A stretch of DNA of 64,000 bases from the NCBI GenBank assembly GCA_026195255.1, contig JAPHSS010000026.1, forward strand, positions 15,403 through 79,402, given 5' to 3'. The DNA is from Gammaproteobacteria bacterium. Its GTDB lineage: Bacteria > Pseudomonadota > Gammaproteobacteria > SZUA-229. The translations under genes were made by a program, and so were the position numbers. Below are positions 1 to 9,449 of the stretch, in pieces (the first letter of the stretch is position 1; every line of letters starts with the position of its first letter). The notes under the pieces are model-generated. The model was not told the origin of the DNA. It made no database searches and saw only the letters and a program-made list of their open reading frames with translations.

Positions 1-802
1 CAGCGACGAGCCATTTTCACAGTTATTAACTCAGGGAATGGTGTTAAAAGATGGCACCAAAATGTCCAAGTCAAAAGGAAATACGGTTGACCCCCAGGGT
101 TTAATTGAGATTTACGGTGCAGATACGGTGCGTTTATTTACCATGTTTGCCGCGCCCCCGGAGCAATCTCTTGAGTGGTCTGATGAAGGTGTGGATGGCG
201 CAGCGCGTTTTCTGAAACGGTTGTATCGATTGATTTTCAATCATCTTGATAGTGCTGATGAAAGTGCGTTTTCTGAATTAGTGATAAATAAAGCAAACTT
301 AACAGATGATCAAAAAGCGCTACGTTTCAAACTACATCAAACGATAGAGAAAGTAGGTGATGATATTGGTCGTCGTTACACGTTTAACACAGCTATCGCT
401 GCGGTCATGGAGCTGAGTAATGAGTTATCAAAATTCAAAGATGACTCGGATAATGGTCGAGCCATAGTTCAGGAAGCATTAGACGCTATGGTCTTAATGA
501 TGTCGCCCATAGTTCCGCATTTTTGCCATAAAATGTGGAAAGAGCTGGGGCATCAAAGCATGATTATTGACGAAACATGGCCAGTGGCAGATAAAGACGC
601 AATGGTTCAGGACAGTATTGAGCTAATGGTTCAGGTAAATGGAAAACTACGTAGTAAAATAACAGTGGCCGCTGATGCAAATAAAGAAAGTATAGAGGCC
701 ATGGCGCAAGAAGATGCAAATGTTAAAACACATACAGATGGAAAAACGGTGCGTAAAATTATTGTTGTGCCGGGTCGGCTTGTGAATATAGTCGCTAACT
801 GA
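1..802 (+). CDS. leuS: Leucyl-tRNA synthetase, C-terminal fragment (gene begins upstream of window)
   Basis: ORF in frame to the window edge; class-I aaRS KMSKS motif (KMSKSKGN) at start of fragment; followed by lptE-holA as in other gammaproteobacteria. Confidence 0.9.
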   Translation, partial: SDEPFSQLLTQGMVLKDGTKMSKSKGNTVDPQGLIEIYGADTVRLFTMFAAPPEQSLEWSDEGVDGAARFLKRLYRLIFNHLDSADESAFSELVINKANLTDDQKALRFKLHQTIEKVGDDIGRRYTFNTAIAAVMELSNELSKFKDDSDNGRAIVQEALDAMVLMMSPIVPHFCHKMWKELGHQSMIIDETWPVADKDAMVQDSIELMVQVNGKLRSKITVAADANKESIEAMAQEDANVKTHTDGKTVRKIIVVPGRLVNIVAN

Positions 803-1335
803 TGAATTGCCGGAGTTATAAACTGGCTGACGGAGTATCAGGCTTGCATGTGAAAAACGGTATTATTTATGTCATGTGTTTTTTATTGTTGAGTGCATGT
901 GGTTTTAAATTACGTGGCGCTTATAAGTTACCTGTAGAGATGCAGATAACCTATGTTGATGCGGCACAGAAAGACTCCACGCTAAGCCGTGCATTAATTA
1001 GAAGTCTTAAAGCAAGTAATATAAAAATTACTGAAAAGGCAGCTGATAATATCGCTGTTTTAAAGTTGTCACAGGAAAGTAAAACAAAAAGAATTGTCTC
1101 GGTTGATGCAAATGGTCGCGCAAGAGAATATACGCTTACCTATGCAATAAACTTTCAGGTGAATGTAAAAGAAAGTAAATTTGAAATTGAAAATCAAAAT
1201 ATCAGTATAGATCGAGATTTTCAGTTTGATACTGAAGATGTTTTAGGAAATAGTCGAGAAGAGTCTCAGTTGTATGAAGAAATGCAGCAGGATTTAATTC
1301 GGCTTATTTTGTTACGCTTACAGAGTAAAGCTTAA
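802..1335 (+). CDS. lptE: LPS-assembly lipoprotein LptE (RlpB)
   Basis: ATGA start/stop overlap with leuS; lipoprotein signal with lipobox LLSAC; conserved position between leuS and holA; alternative GTG start at 850 possible. Confidence 0.7.
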   Translation: MNCRSYKLADGVSGLHVKNGIIYVMCFLLLSACGFKLRGAYKLPVEMQITYVDAAQKDSTLSRALIRSLKASNIKITEKAADNIAVLKLSQESKTKRIVSVDANGRAREYTLTYAINFQVNVKESKFEIENQNISIDRDFQFDTEDVLGNSREESQLYEEMQQDLIRLILLRLQSKA

Positions 1336-1340
1336 ATAAA

Positions 1341-2333
1341 ATGAAAGTGCGACCTGATCAACTTGAACGACATTTAAATAATGATCTTGCTGCAATATAT
1401 TTTATTTGTGGAGATGAGCCTTTGCAGGTAATGGAGTCAGCTGACCGTATTCGACTAGAAGCACGTAAGCGTGACTACTCTGAGCGAGAAGTAATGGATG
1501 TGGATGCTCAGTTTGACTGGAACCAGTTACTTGATGCAGCTAATAGTTTGTCATTATTTGCAGAAAAAAGAATTTTAGAATTACGCTTGCCGACAGGTAA
1601 ACCGGGTAAGGTCGGCTCTAAAATATTACAGGAGTATGCTCAACGCCCTGCAGATGATGCTATTTTAATAATCAGTAGCGGCAAACTTGAAGGCAGCTCA
1701 AAAAATACCAAATGGTTTAAAACTCTGGATCAACAAGGGGTTGTTATACAATGTTGGCCAGTTAATGCCGATCAGCTTCCGGGCTGGATTAATCAGCGTT
1801 TACAGTCAAAAGGAATAAATGCAGACAGGCAAGCGGTGCAGTTATTATCTGATCGTGTTGAAGGTAATATGTTAGCAGCAGCTCAGGAAGTAGATAAATT
1901 ATTTTTGTTACATGGTGCGGGTAAGCTGAATTTCGAACAAACGGCATCTGCTGTGGCTGATAGTGCAAGATTCAATATTTATGATCTTGTTGATAGTGCA
2001 TTAGTTGGTGATGTAACGCGCACATCGAGGATTATTGGTGGTTTAAAAAATGAAGGTGTAGAGCCCGTGCTAATGCTCTGGGCCTTAAGTCGTGAAGTGC
2101 GCATGATTGCCAAAATATCCGAGGCTACTATTTCGGCTGATGCGGCAATGAGTAAGTTACGTGTCTGGGATAATAGAAAAGTTATAATAAGAAAAGCCCT
2201 GTCTCGTCATAGTGCAGCACGTTGGAAAATGTTTTTAAAGCGCTGTGCAAAAATAGATAAAGTAATAAAAGGTGTTGAGCAGGGGCGTGCCTGGGATGAG
2301 TTATTAATGTTAAGTACGCAAATATCACAATAG
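1341..2333 (+). CDS. holA: DNA polymerase III delta subunit
   Basis: 330 aa, typical HolA N-terminus (IYFICGDEPLQ), conserved synteny after lptE. Confidence 0.85.
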   Translation: MKVRPDQLERHLNNDLAAIYFICGDEPLQVMESADRIRLEARKRDYSEREVMDVDAQFDWNQLLDAANSLSLFAEKRILELRLPTGKPGKVGSKILQEYAQRPADDAILIISSGKLEGSSKNTKWFKTLDQQGVVIQCWPVNADQLPGWINQRLQSKGINADRQAVQLLSDRVEGNMLAAAQEVDKLFLLHGAGKLNFEQTASAVADSARFNIYDLVDSALVGDVTRTSRIIGGLKNEGVEPVLMLWALSREVRMIAKISEATISADAAMSKLRVWDNRKVIIRKALSRHSAARWKMFLKRCAKIDKVIKGVEQGRAWDELLMLSTQISQ

Positions 2334-2430
2334 ATAATTATCGTATTTAGAAATTAGAGTACATAGAGTAAAAACAATATGAAACACTCTGTGTCTACAA
2401 AGCAAAATTTTAAGGTTTATAGGAAAAAGT

Positions 2431-3423
2431 ATGAAAAAGTATCATGTATATGGCATCGGTAATGCATTGGTTGATATGGAGTTTGAAGTTGAAGATAGCT
2501 TCTTTAGTGATAATGGAATTGATAAGAGTTTAATGACGCTGGTTGATGAAGAACGTCAACATGAGTTAATGGGGCACCTGGATGCGTTTGATGGAAAGAA
2601 AGCATCAGGTGGTTCAGCCGCTAACACGATTATTGCCAACAGTTACTTTGGTGGAAAGTCGTTTTACTCCTGTAAAGTGGCAAGTGATGAGCTGGGTGAC
2701 TTTTATGTCAATGACCTGCAGCAAGCGGGAGTTGATAGTAATGTAGGTGATGGTCGTAAAGAAGGTATTACTGGCAAGTGCCTGGTAATGGTTACCCCTG
2801 ATGCCGAACGTACTATGAATACCTACCTGGGTATTACCTCAACGTTTTCGGTTGATGAATTGCATTTATCAGCAATAAAAGAATCGGAATATTTATATAT
2901 CGAAGGTTACCTTGTTTCATCAGATACCGGGCGTCACGCGGCAATTGAAGCACGCAAAGTAGCAGAAGAAAATGGTGTTAAAACAGCAATTACATTTTCT
3001 GACCCAGCCATGGTGCAGTTTTTTAAAGATGGCCTGAAAGAAATGATTGGCACTAAAGTCGATTTGATTTTCTGTAATGAAGCGGAAGCCTTAAGTTGGG
3101 CTGATACAGATGATATCGATACAGCTATTGAGTCCCTTAAGCAGGTTGCAAATACATTTGCTGTTACTTTTGGTCCTAAAGGCGCGATACTGTTTGATGG
3201 TAAGCATCTGCTTGATATTTCAGCCCATGAAGCTAAAGCGGTGGACTCTAACGGTGCAGGAGATATGTTTGCAGGCGCATTTCTGTATGCGATTACCCAC
3301 GGGCATTCATTCTATGAGGCGGGTAATATTGCCAGCCTTGCAGCGGCTAAAGTGGTTAGTCAGTTTGGTCCAAGATTGGCAGCATCCGAGCATCAAGATA
3401 TACTGGATATGGTTTTAGGTTGA
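2431..3423 (+). CDS. PfkB-family carbohydrate/nucleoside kinase (adenosine-kinase-like)
   Basis: 330 aa; C-terminal PfkB signature NGAGDMFAGAFLYA; good RBS AGGAAAAAG 5 nt upstream. Confidence 0.75.
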   Translation: MKKYHVYGIGNALVDMEFEVEDSFFSDNGIDKSLMTLVDEERQHELMGHLDAFDGKKASGGSAANTIIANSYFGGKSFYSCKVASDELGDFYVNDLQQAGVDSNVGDGRKEGITGKCLVMVTPDAERTMNTYLGITSTFSVDELHLSAIKESEYLYIEGYLVSSDTGRHAAIEARKVAEENGVKTAITFSDPAMVQFFKDGLKEMIGTKVDLIFCNEAEALSWADTDDIDTAIESLKQVANTFAVTFGPKGAILFDGKHLLDISAHEAKAVDSNGAGDMFAGAFLYAITHGHSFYEAGNIASLAAAKVVSQFGPRLAASEHQDILDMVLG

Positions 3424-3593
3424 TTATACGTGTCTTTGAATGGTGCTATAAATATAGATAAATCAGTCACGAATTAAAACATACAGGGTAAAACAATGAT
3501 TAAAATAGTTGCTCTCCAGGCATTACTATTACTTTCATTGTATGCATAAAATGCATTTCAGCGGACAAGAATGGTCGATACTGGATATATAAA

Positions 3594-3857
3594 ATGGTAC
3601 GTCAGAACTGTGATACATATTTTGAGTCGCTTATAAGGGGATTTTCTGAAATATCATATAAAAAACCGGTTTCAGGTTATGTAGCAGCCAGTAACCATTA
3701 TTCAGGTGATACTTATAATTTATCATGTGAAACTGATTTTCAAGGTGCAATGATCAGGTTAGGCATGTATTGTGGTAAGTACCCTGAAAACACTATATAT
3801 ATGGCACTGGCAAGCTTAAGTGCAAAATATTACCGAAAACGGGAAAAAATAAAGTAA
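3594..3857 (+). CDS. hypothetical small protein (87 aa)
   Basis: ORF only, in AT-rich intergenic region; no recognisable motif. Confidence 0.2.
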   Translation: MVRQNCDTYFESLIRGFSEISYKKPVSGYVAASNHYSGDTYNLSCETDFQGAMIRLGMYCGKYPENTIYMALASLSAKYYRKREKIK

Positions 3858-4033
3858 TTCAGTGGTTTATGCGGTTATCTGCTGGTAATTTAAAAAATCG
3901 TTATAATAATGTGAGTGTTTTATAGTTGGCAAAAGTTAAATAGCGACTATTATTTTAAGTTAAAGAGATAAAAATCTGCATAAGCTGTTTTATGATTTAA
4001 TAAGCATGTCAGTATGGATAAGGTGAGTATCAG

Positions 4034-4333
4034 GTGACTAAGGAACTTAGGAAACACCCTCGAAGAATAGTACATCTTGAAGTAGAACTGGGTTTTCCTT
4101 CAGGTGAAAAGAAAACGGTTAGAACACAGGATATTAGTGACGGAGGTGTTTTCCTCGTTGTTGATAAGCTGCGTCGTCCAATAATAGGTGAAGTAGTTGA
4201 AGTTAAAATAGTGAATGACGATCAAAATACCGGAATAACTTTTCCAAGTAATGATGCGGTTGTTGTTAGACAGGAAGAAGGCGGAGTTGGTGTTGCCTTT
4301 ATTGAGTTAGATTTCGGTAATGAATTCTCTTGA
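4034..4333 (+). CDS. PilZ-domain protein (putative c-di-GMP receptor)
   Basis: 99 aa; GTG start with AGGTGA RBS; PilZ-like RRxxxR (HPRRIVH) and DxSxxG (DISDGG) motifs. Confidence 0.6.
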   Translation: MTKELRKHPRRIVHLEVELGFPSGEKKTVRTQDISDGGVFLVVDKLRRPIIGEVVEVKIVNDDQNTGITFPSNDAVVVRQEEGGVGVAFIELDFGNEFS

Positions 4334-4499
4334 TTGTTCTGTTTTTCATGTATTTTATCTTGCTGTGTCAAAGACAGTTAGCTATTTCTAAAATTATAGT
4401 AATGAAAGTCATTAAAGAGTTCTAAGAGAATAATATGAGTAATTTGCCAAATGAAAACTGCGATGATGGCAGAAACATGGATAGTGAGGGAAGCTTCAG

Positions 4500-7025
4500 G
4501 TGAGTGATTCTGAAAACGAAAACCAGACTGAACAGGGTTTGGATGAGCAACCAAAATATTACACTGAGCTGGTTGATGAAATCATATCTCAGCTGGAAGA
4601 GTTTTTTGAAACTCATCTAGAAGACGTATTTAAAAAAGCTGATGATTACCTGTTCGATGCTGCAAATAGTGCAAGCAGTACGGCTGAGCAAAACGGCCTA
4701 TTTGAATGCATGAATGCAATTCGCGCTGACAAGAAGTTTATGCAACAAGGGTTTGTTGATGAATTAAGTTCATATTTGCAGCCTATGAGTGAGCTTGACG
4801 AATTACCGGCAAAAAAGAAGTCTAAAAAAACAGTTGCTCTGGGTTTGGTCGAGCAAAATGAAATGGACGAAATGGTGACCTTGACCACCATCAGCAGTAA
4901 AGCCGCGATGGATCATTCTGAATCCATCAGTAACCTGATCACTCGATTTAAAGAACTCGGTAAATATAATAACGATATTTTTCACGGTGAAGCGCTTGAG
5001 CCCAAGCGTTTGTGTGATGCTATGCATGAAGCGGTATCTCAAACCGATTTAATTGATGGTAACCGATTAGTTGTATATCGTTTTTTTAATGAGGCTTTAA
5101 TAAAAGATATTGGCAAGCTTTACGATACTTTAAATAATCTGTTAATTGACCAGGGAATATTACCTGAAATTGATTTTAGTGGAATGGCGCCTCATTACGA
5201 GGAAACAGCGCATCAGGAGGATGTTGTTGAAGATGAAGCGCCGCCACAGGATGCACCACCACCTCAGGGTAGAAGAGCCTTTGGAAGTGGTATGCAGGGT
5301 TATGCCGGGCATAGACAACAGGCGCCGCCTATGAATGCAGGTGCACCCGGCGTGCCCGGGTCTCCACCACCTATGCCTCCTCAGGCTTATCAGCAGCCTT
5401 CATCAGGCGGTTATGCTCCAGCCGCTCCCAGGCGAGCTTTCGGCAGCGGCATGCGAGGTTACGCACAGGGCGCTGGGCAGAATAATTCTCAGGCTGTGAG
5501 TTCGTCGGCCGCAGCATCTACAGGGCCAGCCGGCCAGGAGTTTTCTGCGGGTGTACCTGTTGGTCAGGTTAGACAAAGCATAGAAAACTATATGGGTGGC
5601 AGTCAAAGTGATGCTGCACCTGCTGGTGGTTCAGGTTATTACTCTCAACAACAGGTAATGACGGCGTTAACTGAATTACAGGCTCCAGCTGAGGACTTAA
5701 GTCAGACTCCATTAGTTTTTGATGCTAATCAGATCAAAAAAGCAGTGCTTTCGAGCATTGGTGAAACTGAAGGTGGTGCGGTAACAAAAGCAGTTCATCA
5801 CGTTTCTGAAAAAACAATCGATTTCATCAAACTTATATTTGATGCGATTATTGATGAAGAAAGCATTACGGATGAAATTAAGACGCTTTTATTAAGTTTG
5901 CAAATCCCGGTTATAAAAGCAGCCATGCTGGATGCAGACTTTTTCGTTGATGACCGGCATCCGGCGCGTCAATTACTCGATAAGATAGCCGAAGCCGGGG
6001 TTGGTGTGTCTGAACATCATGACCCGGTATACATAGATATTGAAAAAATAGTACGTAAGTTATTAACTGATTATAATGATGATGTTGTGGCATTTAAAGT
6101 TGCATTAGATGAGTTAAAAGAGCTTACAGAAGAGATATATCGAAAAGCTCGCGAAACAGAAGCAGCGTCACAGAAAACGATAAAAATGGCACATGCTAAA
6201 AGTATTGTGTTGCAGGAAATTCGTAAAATCACAATTGGCAAAGAGTTACCAGAGGGTGTGCGTACACTTGTATTAAAGATTTGGCCTAGCATGATGTTTA
6301 ATCATTTTTTAAAAAATGGTAAAGCAAATGATGAGTGGGTTGAATTATTAATGATTCTGCAGAAAATCATTGAAAGCGTGCAACCAATAAACTCGAAGGC
6401 AGAGCTGGAAGAGCTTGGCCTAACTAATCACGACATAGTTGAGGCGACTAGAAGTAAATTAGCGAACTGTAAAAAAGGTAAAAAAGTTGCCGATGCGGTT
6501 CTGCATGATCTGGAAGCTACCTATGAAGCACTGATGTCGGCATCTGAAGTTACAGAAGAGCTGGATGATGAGCCGCAAGTTGATGCACAATTGCTTGAGC
6601 AAACTGCTGAGACTGAGTCACCTGAAGACGCACTAGCGGAAAAAAGGTCTGGAGCAGAGGCTGATTCTGAAGAGGAGCTGGAATTAGAGCAGGAAGAGGC
6701 ACTAGCTGAAGCCGAACCTGAACCGGAAGTTGATCCGGAAATAACCGCGAAAGAAAAAATTGCCAGGTTGCCAGAAGGTGTTGCGCCAGGTGCCTGGTTT
6801 ATAGTTTATAACGGTGAAGATAAACCAGTAAGGCGACTCAAACTCGCCGTAATACTGGTACATGATGCGTCAATGGTGTTTGTTGATCATCTGGGTAATG
6901 TGGTTATTGAAAAAGAGGCGGATGTGTTTGCGGATGAAATAGAAAGAGGTTTGTCGGGCATAATTATGCAACACTCTGTATTTGACCATGCACTACATTC
7001 AGCGCTTGAGTCTATTGAGCATTAA
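4500..7025 (+). CDS. large acidic protein of unknown function (841 aa; DUF1631-like by recollection) with Pro/Gln/Gly-rich linker
   Basis: Long ORF, GTG start with GAGGGA RBS; internal duplicated motif RRAFGSGM(Q/R)GYA; acidic Glu-rich C-terminal region; immediately downstream of PilZ gene. Confidence 0.6.
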   Translation: MSDSENENQTEQGLDEQPKYYTELVDEIISQLEEFFETHLEDVFKKADDYLFDAANSASSTAEQNGLFECMNAIRADKKFMQQGFVDELSSYLQPMSELDELPAKKKSKKTVALGLVEQNEMDEMVTLTTISSKAAMDHSESISNLITRFKELGKYNNDIFHGEALEPKRLCDAMHEAVSQTDLIDGNRLVVYRFFNEALIKDIGKLYDTLNNLLIDQGILPEIDFSGMAPHYEETAHQEDVVEDEAPPQDAPPPQGRRAFGSGMQGYAGHRQQAPPMNAGAPGVPGSPPPMPPQAYQQPSSGGYAPAAPRRAFGSGMRGYAQGAGQNNSQAVSSSAAASTGPAGQEFSAGVPVGQVRQSIENYMGGSQSDAAPAGGSGYYSQQQVMTALTELQAPAEDLSQTPLVFDANQIKKAVLSSIGETEGGAVTKAVHHVSEKTIDFIKLIFDAIIDEESITDEIKTLLLSLQIPVIKAAMLDADFFVDDRHPARQLLDKIAEAGVGVSEHHDPVYIDIEKIVRKLLTDYNDDVVAFKVALDELKELTEEIYRKARETEAASQKTIKMAHAKSIVLQEIRKITIGKELPEGVRTLVLKIWPSMMFNHFLKNGKANDEWVELLMILQKIIESVQPINSKAELEELGLTNHDIVEATRSKLANCKKGKKVADAVLHDLEATYEALMSASEVTEELDDEPQVDAQLLEQTAETESPEDALAEKRSGAEADSEEELELEQEEALAEAEPEPEVDPEITAKEKIARLPEGVAPGAWFIVYNGEDKPVRRLKLAVILVHDASMVFVDHLGNVVIEKEADVFADEIERGLSGIIMQHSVFDHALHSALESIEH

Positions 7026-7050
7026 GCGAGTCTCTGAGTTAGAAAAATAT

Positions 7051-7812
7051 ATGAAAAAAATATTCTGCTCACTCTCTTTTTTTAGTTTGTTGTTATTTAC
7101 GGGTTTAACTCAGGCTTGTTGGGATTTAAAAGAAAGAAGTAATATCGAGGGTTTTGCGGAGCTTGATGATGTGCTTATTATTTCTCTTAAGGATGCGATT
7201 AGTTGCAAGCCCTTAGCAAGTGTAAATATTATGTTAGGTGAGCTTGAATATAAAACAGATTCTCGTGGTTATATTGAGTTACCTATGCAACCTTTTGCTT
7301 CTCAAATGGAAGCAAGCATGCACTTCAAAGCCAGTAAAACCGGCTACATTACCTTATCTACTGATTTGTTAGTTGAGGCGGGTACGGTTTTAAATCGTCG
7401 CATGGTGCTTAGTCCTGTTTTGCCTCCGGGTAAAACCCGTTTTGTGCTGCAGTGGGAGGATGAGCCGCAAGATCTGGATCTGCACTTGAAAGGGCCTGAC
7501 TTTCATATCTCATATCGAAATATGAAAAACGCCCCAAATCGAGCCAGGCTTGATGTAGATGAGTTAGAAGGTTATGGCCCTGAAACGATTACACTGGAGC
7601 GCATTGATGACAGGCAAACCTATGATTTGTCTGTGTACAATTATTCTAATGATGCAGATTTCAAAGGCGTTGAGTTAATTTATGTATATGCAGGTGACCG
7701 CCTTGTAAAAGAAATGCGTCTGCCAGTTAATAAAAAACGTTCAGTTCAGGTATTACAAATCAAAAACGCTAAATATAATTTTTTAAACATGCCGACAGAT
7801 CAGAAACCTTAA
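7051..7812 (+). CDS. hypothetical secreted/lipoprotein with CarboxypepD_reg-like N-terminal segment
   Basis: ATG at 7051 gives signal peptide MKKIFCSLSFFSLLLFTGLTQAC; the ORF-track start at 6982 overlaps the upstream gene. Confidence 0.55.
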   Translation: MKKIFCSLSFFSLLLFTGLTQACWDLKERSNIEGFAELDDVLIISLKDAISCKPLASVNIMLGELEYKTDSRGYIELPMQPFASQMEASMHFKASKTGYITLSTDLLVEAGTVLNRRMVLSPVLPPGKTRFVLQWEDEPQDLDLHLKGPDFHISYRNMKNAPNRARLDVDELEGYGPETITLERIDDRQTYDLSVYNYSNDADFKGVELIYVYAGDRLVKEMRLPVNKKRSVQVLQIKNAKYNFLNMPTDQKP

Positions 7813-7822
7813 TTAATAATTA

Positions 7823-7893
7823 GTCGTAAGTCGTAAGTCGTAAGTCGTAAGTCGTAAGTCGTAAGTCAGTTAAAACAGGTTAAGGCTTACGAC
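7823..7893. repeat. heptanucleotide tandem repeat (GTCGTAA)x6 plus downstream complementary arm GGCTTACGAC
   Basis: Six perfect tandem copies read directly at 7823-7864; 7884-7893 is the reverse complement of the repeat unit, so a variable-length stem can form; lies between the lipoprotein gene and proA. Confidence 0.9.
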
Positions 7894-7944
7894 TATCTAT
7901 TTTATATGTCAAAATAGCCCTTTATTTAATTATCCCTGAATACC

Positions 7945-9192
7945 ATGAAAGAATACATGTCACAATTAGGCCAGCGAGCCAGAGCGGCTTCTACTGAGAT
8001 GTCACGCGCCGAGTCTTCGGTAAAGAATCAGGCATTGTTAGCTATTGCCGATGCTATAGATAGTTCAGTAGATACTCTGAAAATTGAAAACCAGAAAGAT
8101 TTACAGGCTGGTAAAGATAATGGGCTTGATGCTGCAATGCTGGATCGGCTTGAATTAAATGATGAGCGAATTTCTGGAATGTCTGAAGGTTTAAGGCAAA
8201 TAGCCGCGCTTCAGGATCCGATTGGTGAAATATCCGATATGGCTTATCGTCCATCGGGAATTCAAATCGGTAAAATGCGAGTGCCTTTAGGCGTGATTGG
8301 AATTATTTATGAATCAAGACCTAATGTAACTGCTGATGCAGCAGGGCTTTGTTTAAAGTCGGGTAATGCGACTATCCTACGCGGTGGTTCGGAGGCAATT
8401 CACTCGAATAAGGCGGTTGCTAAATGTATTCAGCAAGGTTTAACGCAAGCGGGTTTGCCCGCCGATGCCGTGCAGGTAGTAGAAACCACAGACAGGGCTG
8501 CGGTGGGTGAGTTGATCACCTCAAGTGAAACTGTTGATGTGATTATTCCTCGAGGAGGCAAAAGCCTGATTGAGCGAATTAGTAAAGAAGCAACAGTGCC
8601 TGTTATAAAACATCTGGATGGAATTTGTCATGTTTATGTTGATGCAGAGGCAGACCTGAAAAAGGCCAGTGATATTGCGTTCAATTCTAAAACGCACCGA
8701 TATGGTGTCTGTAATGCTATGGAAACATTACTGCTGCATGAGTCAATTGCTGTGGAGTGTTTGTCTGCACTGGAAAAAAGGTTTGCTGATAAAGGTGTCG
8801 AATTAAGAGGTTGTGAAAAAACCTGTAAAATAATCGACTGTAAACCTGCAAATGATGATGACTGGGATACGGAGTATCTTGCAGCCATATTATCCATAAA
8901 GGTTGTTACTGATATTGACCAGGCAATAAGCCATATTAACAAACACGGTTCACATCACACTGACACGATTGTTTCGGAAAATTACACACTGGCCAGACGC
9001 TTCTTAAGAGAAGTAGACTCCAGCTCAGTTATGGTGAACGCTTCCACTCGATTTGCAGATGGTTTTGAGTATGGCCTGGGTGCTGAAATAGGTATTAGCA
9101 CGGATAAGTTACACGCCCGTGGACCAGTAGGCCTGGAAGGTTTAACTTCTCTTAAATATATAGTCCTGGGTGATGGTCAGATTCGAGAGTGA
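7945..9192 (+). CDS. proA: Gamma-glutamyl phosphate reductase
   Basis: 415 aa, typical ProA sequence ([18 protein letters not shown], aldehyde dehydrogenase fold). Confidence 0.9.
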   Translation: MKEYMSQLGQRARAASTEMSRAESSVKNQALLAIADAIDSSVDTLKIENQKDLQAGKDNGLDAAMLDRLELNDERISGMSEGLRQIAALQDPIGEISDMAYRPSGIQIGKMRVPLGVIGIIYESRPNVTADAAGLCLKSGNATILRGGSEAIHSNKAVAKCIQQGLTQAGLPADAVQVVETTDRAAVGELITSSETVDVIIPRGGKSLIERISKEATVPVIKHLDGICHVYVDAEADLKKASDIAFNSKTHRYGVCNAMETLLLHESIAVECLSALEKRFADKGVELRGCEKTCKIIDCKPANDDDWDTEYLAAILSIKVVTDIDQAISHINKHGSHHTDTIVSENYTLARRFLREVDSSSVMVNASTRFADGFEYGLGAEIGISTDKLHARGPVGLEGLTSLKYIVLGDGQIRE

Positions 9193-9258
9193 TGTGCAGT
9201 TAAAATGAATTCACCTATACGTTTTTTTTATGGGTGTGAATGCGGCTGAGGCACTTCT

Positions 9259-9401
9259 CCCTCGGGGATGGACCGCCGCTGTTTGGTGCTCTGTCCCCTT
9301 ATTGATGCCATCAAGAGATGAGCTGAGTCGTTCATCGCCCTGCCATACTGATCGGAATTACCACAGGGGACGGAGCGCAAAAAGCGCGGTCCATCCCCGA
9401 G
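9259..9401 (+). repeat. copy 1 of a ~145-170 bp rod-like hairpin element (MITE/ERIC-like intergenic repeat or structured sRNA)
   Basis: Outer arms CTCGGGGATGGACCGC / GCGGTCCATCCCCGAG are reverse complements; shares CTGTCCCCTTA, GAGTCG and CAGGGGAC-GCGCAAAAAGCGC blocks with the 58084-58254 copy; the ORF caller finds overlapping ORFs on both strands, as is usual for structured RNA. Confidence 0.6.
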
Positions 9402-9449
9402 TAAAGCAATCAAACGATTGAGAATAACAGGTCTTCAAACTAGAAATCT

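Noticed and set aside
3110-3418. 102-aa ORF nested in an alternative frame of the PfkB kinase gene
   Set aside because: It lies fully inside a well-supported gene, has low-complexity Leu-rich composition and no RBS. It is spurious.
7823-7864. Considered whether the heptamer array or other short repeats are a CRISPR array
   Set aside because: The units are contiguous 7-mers without spacers and no cas genes are nearby, so it is not CRISPR. No CRISPR array was found anywhere in the window.
9228-9421. Two overlapping 61-63-aa ORFs on opposite strands upstream of nadD
   Set aside because: They coincide exactly with the rod-like hairpin repeat element. Perfectly palindromic DNA produces mirror ORFs on both strands, so these are not protein-coding.
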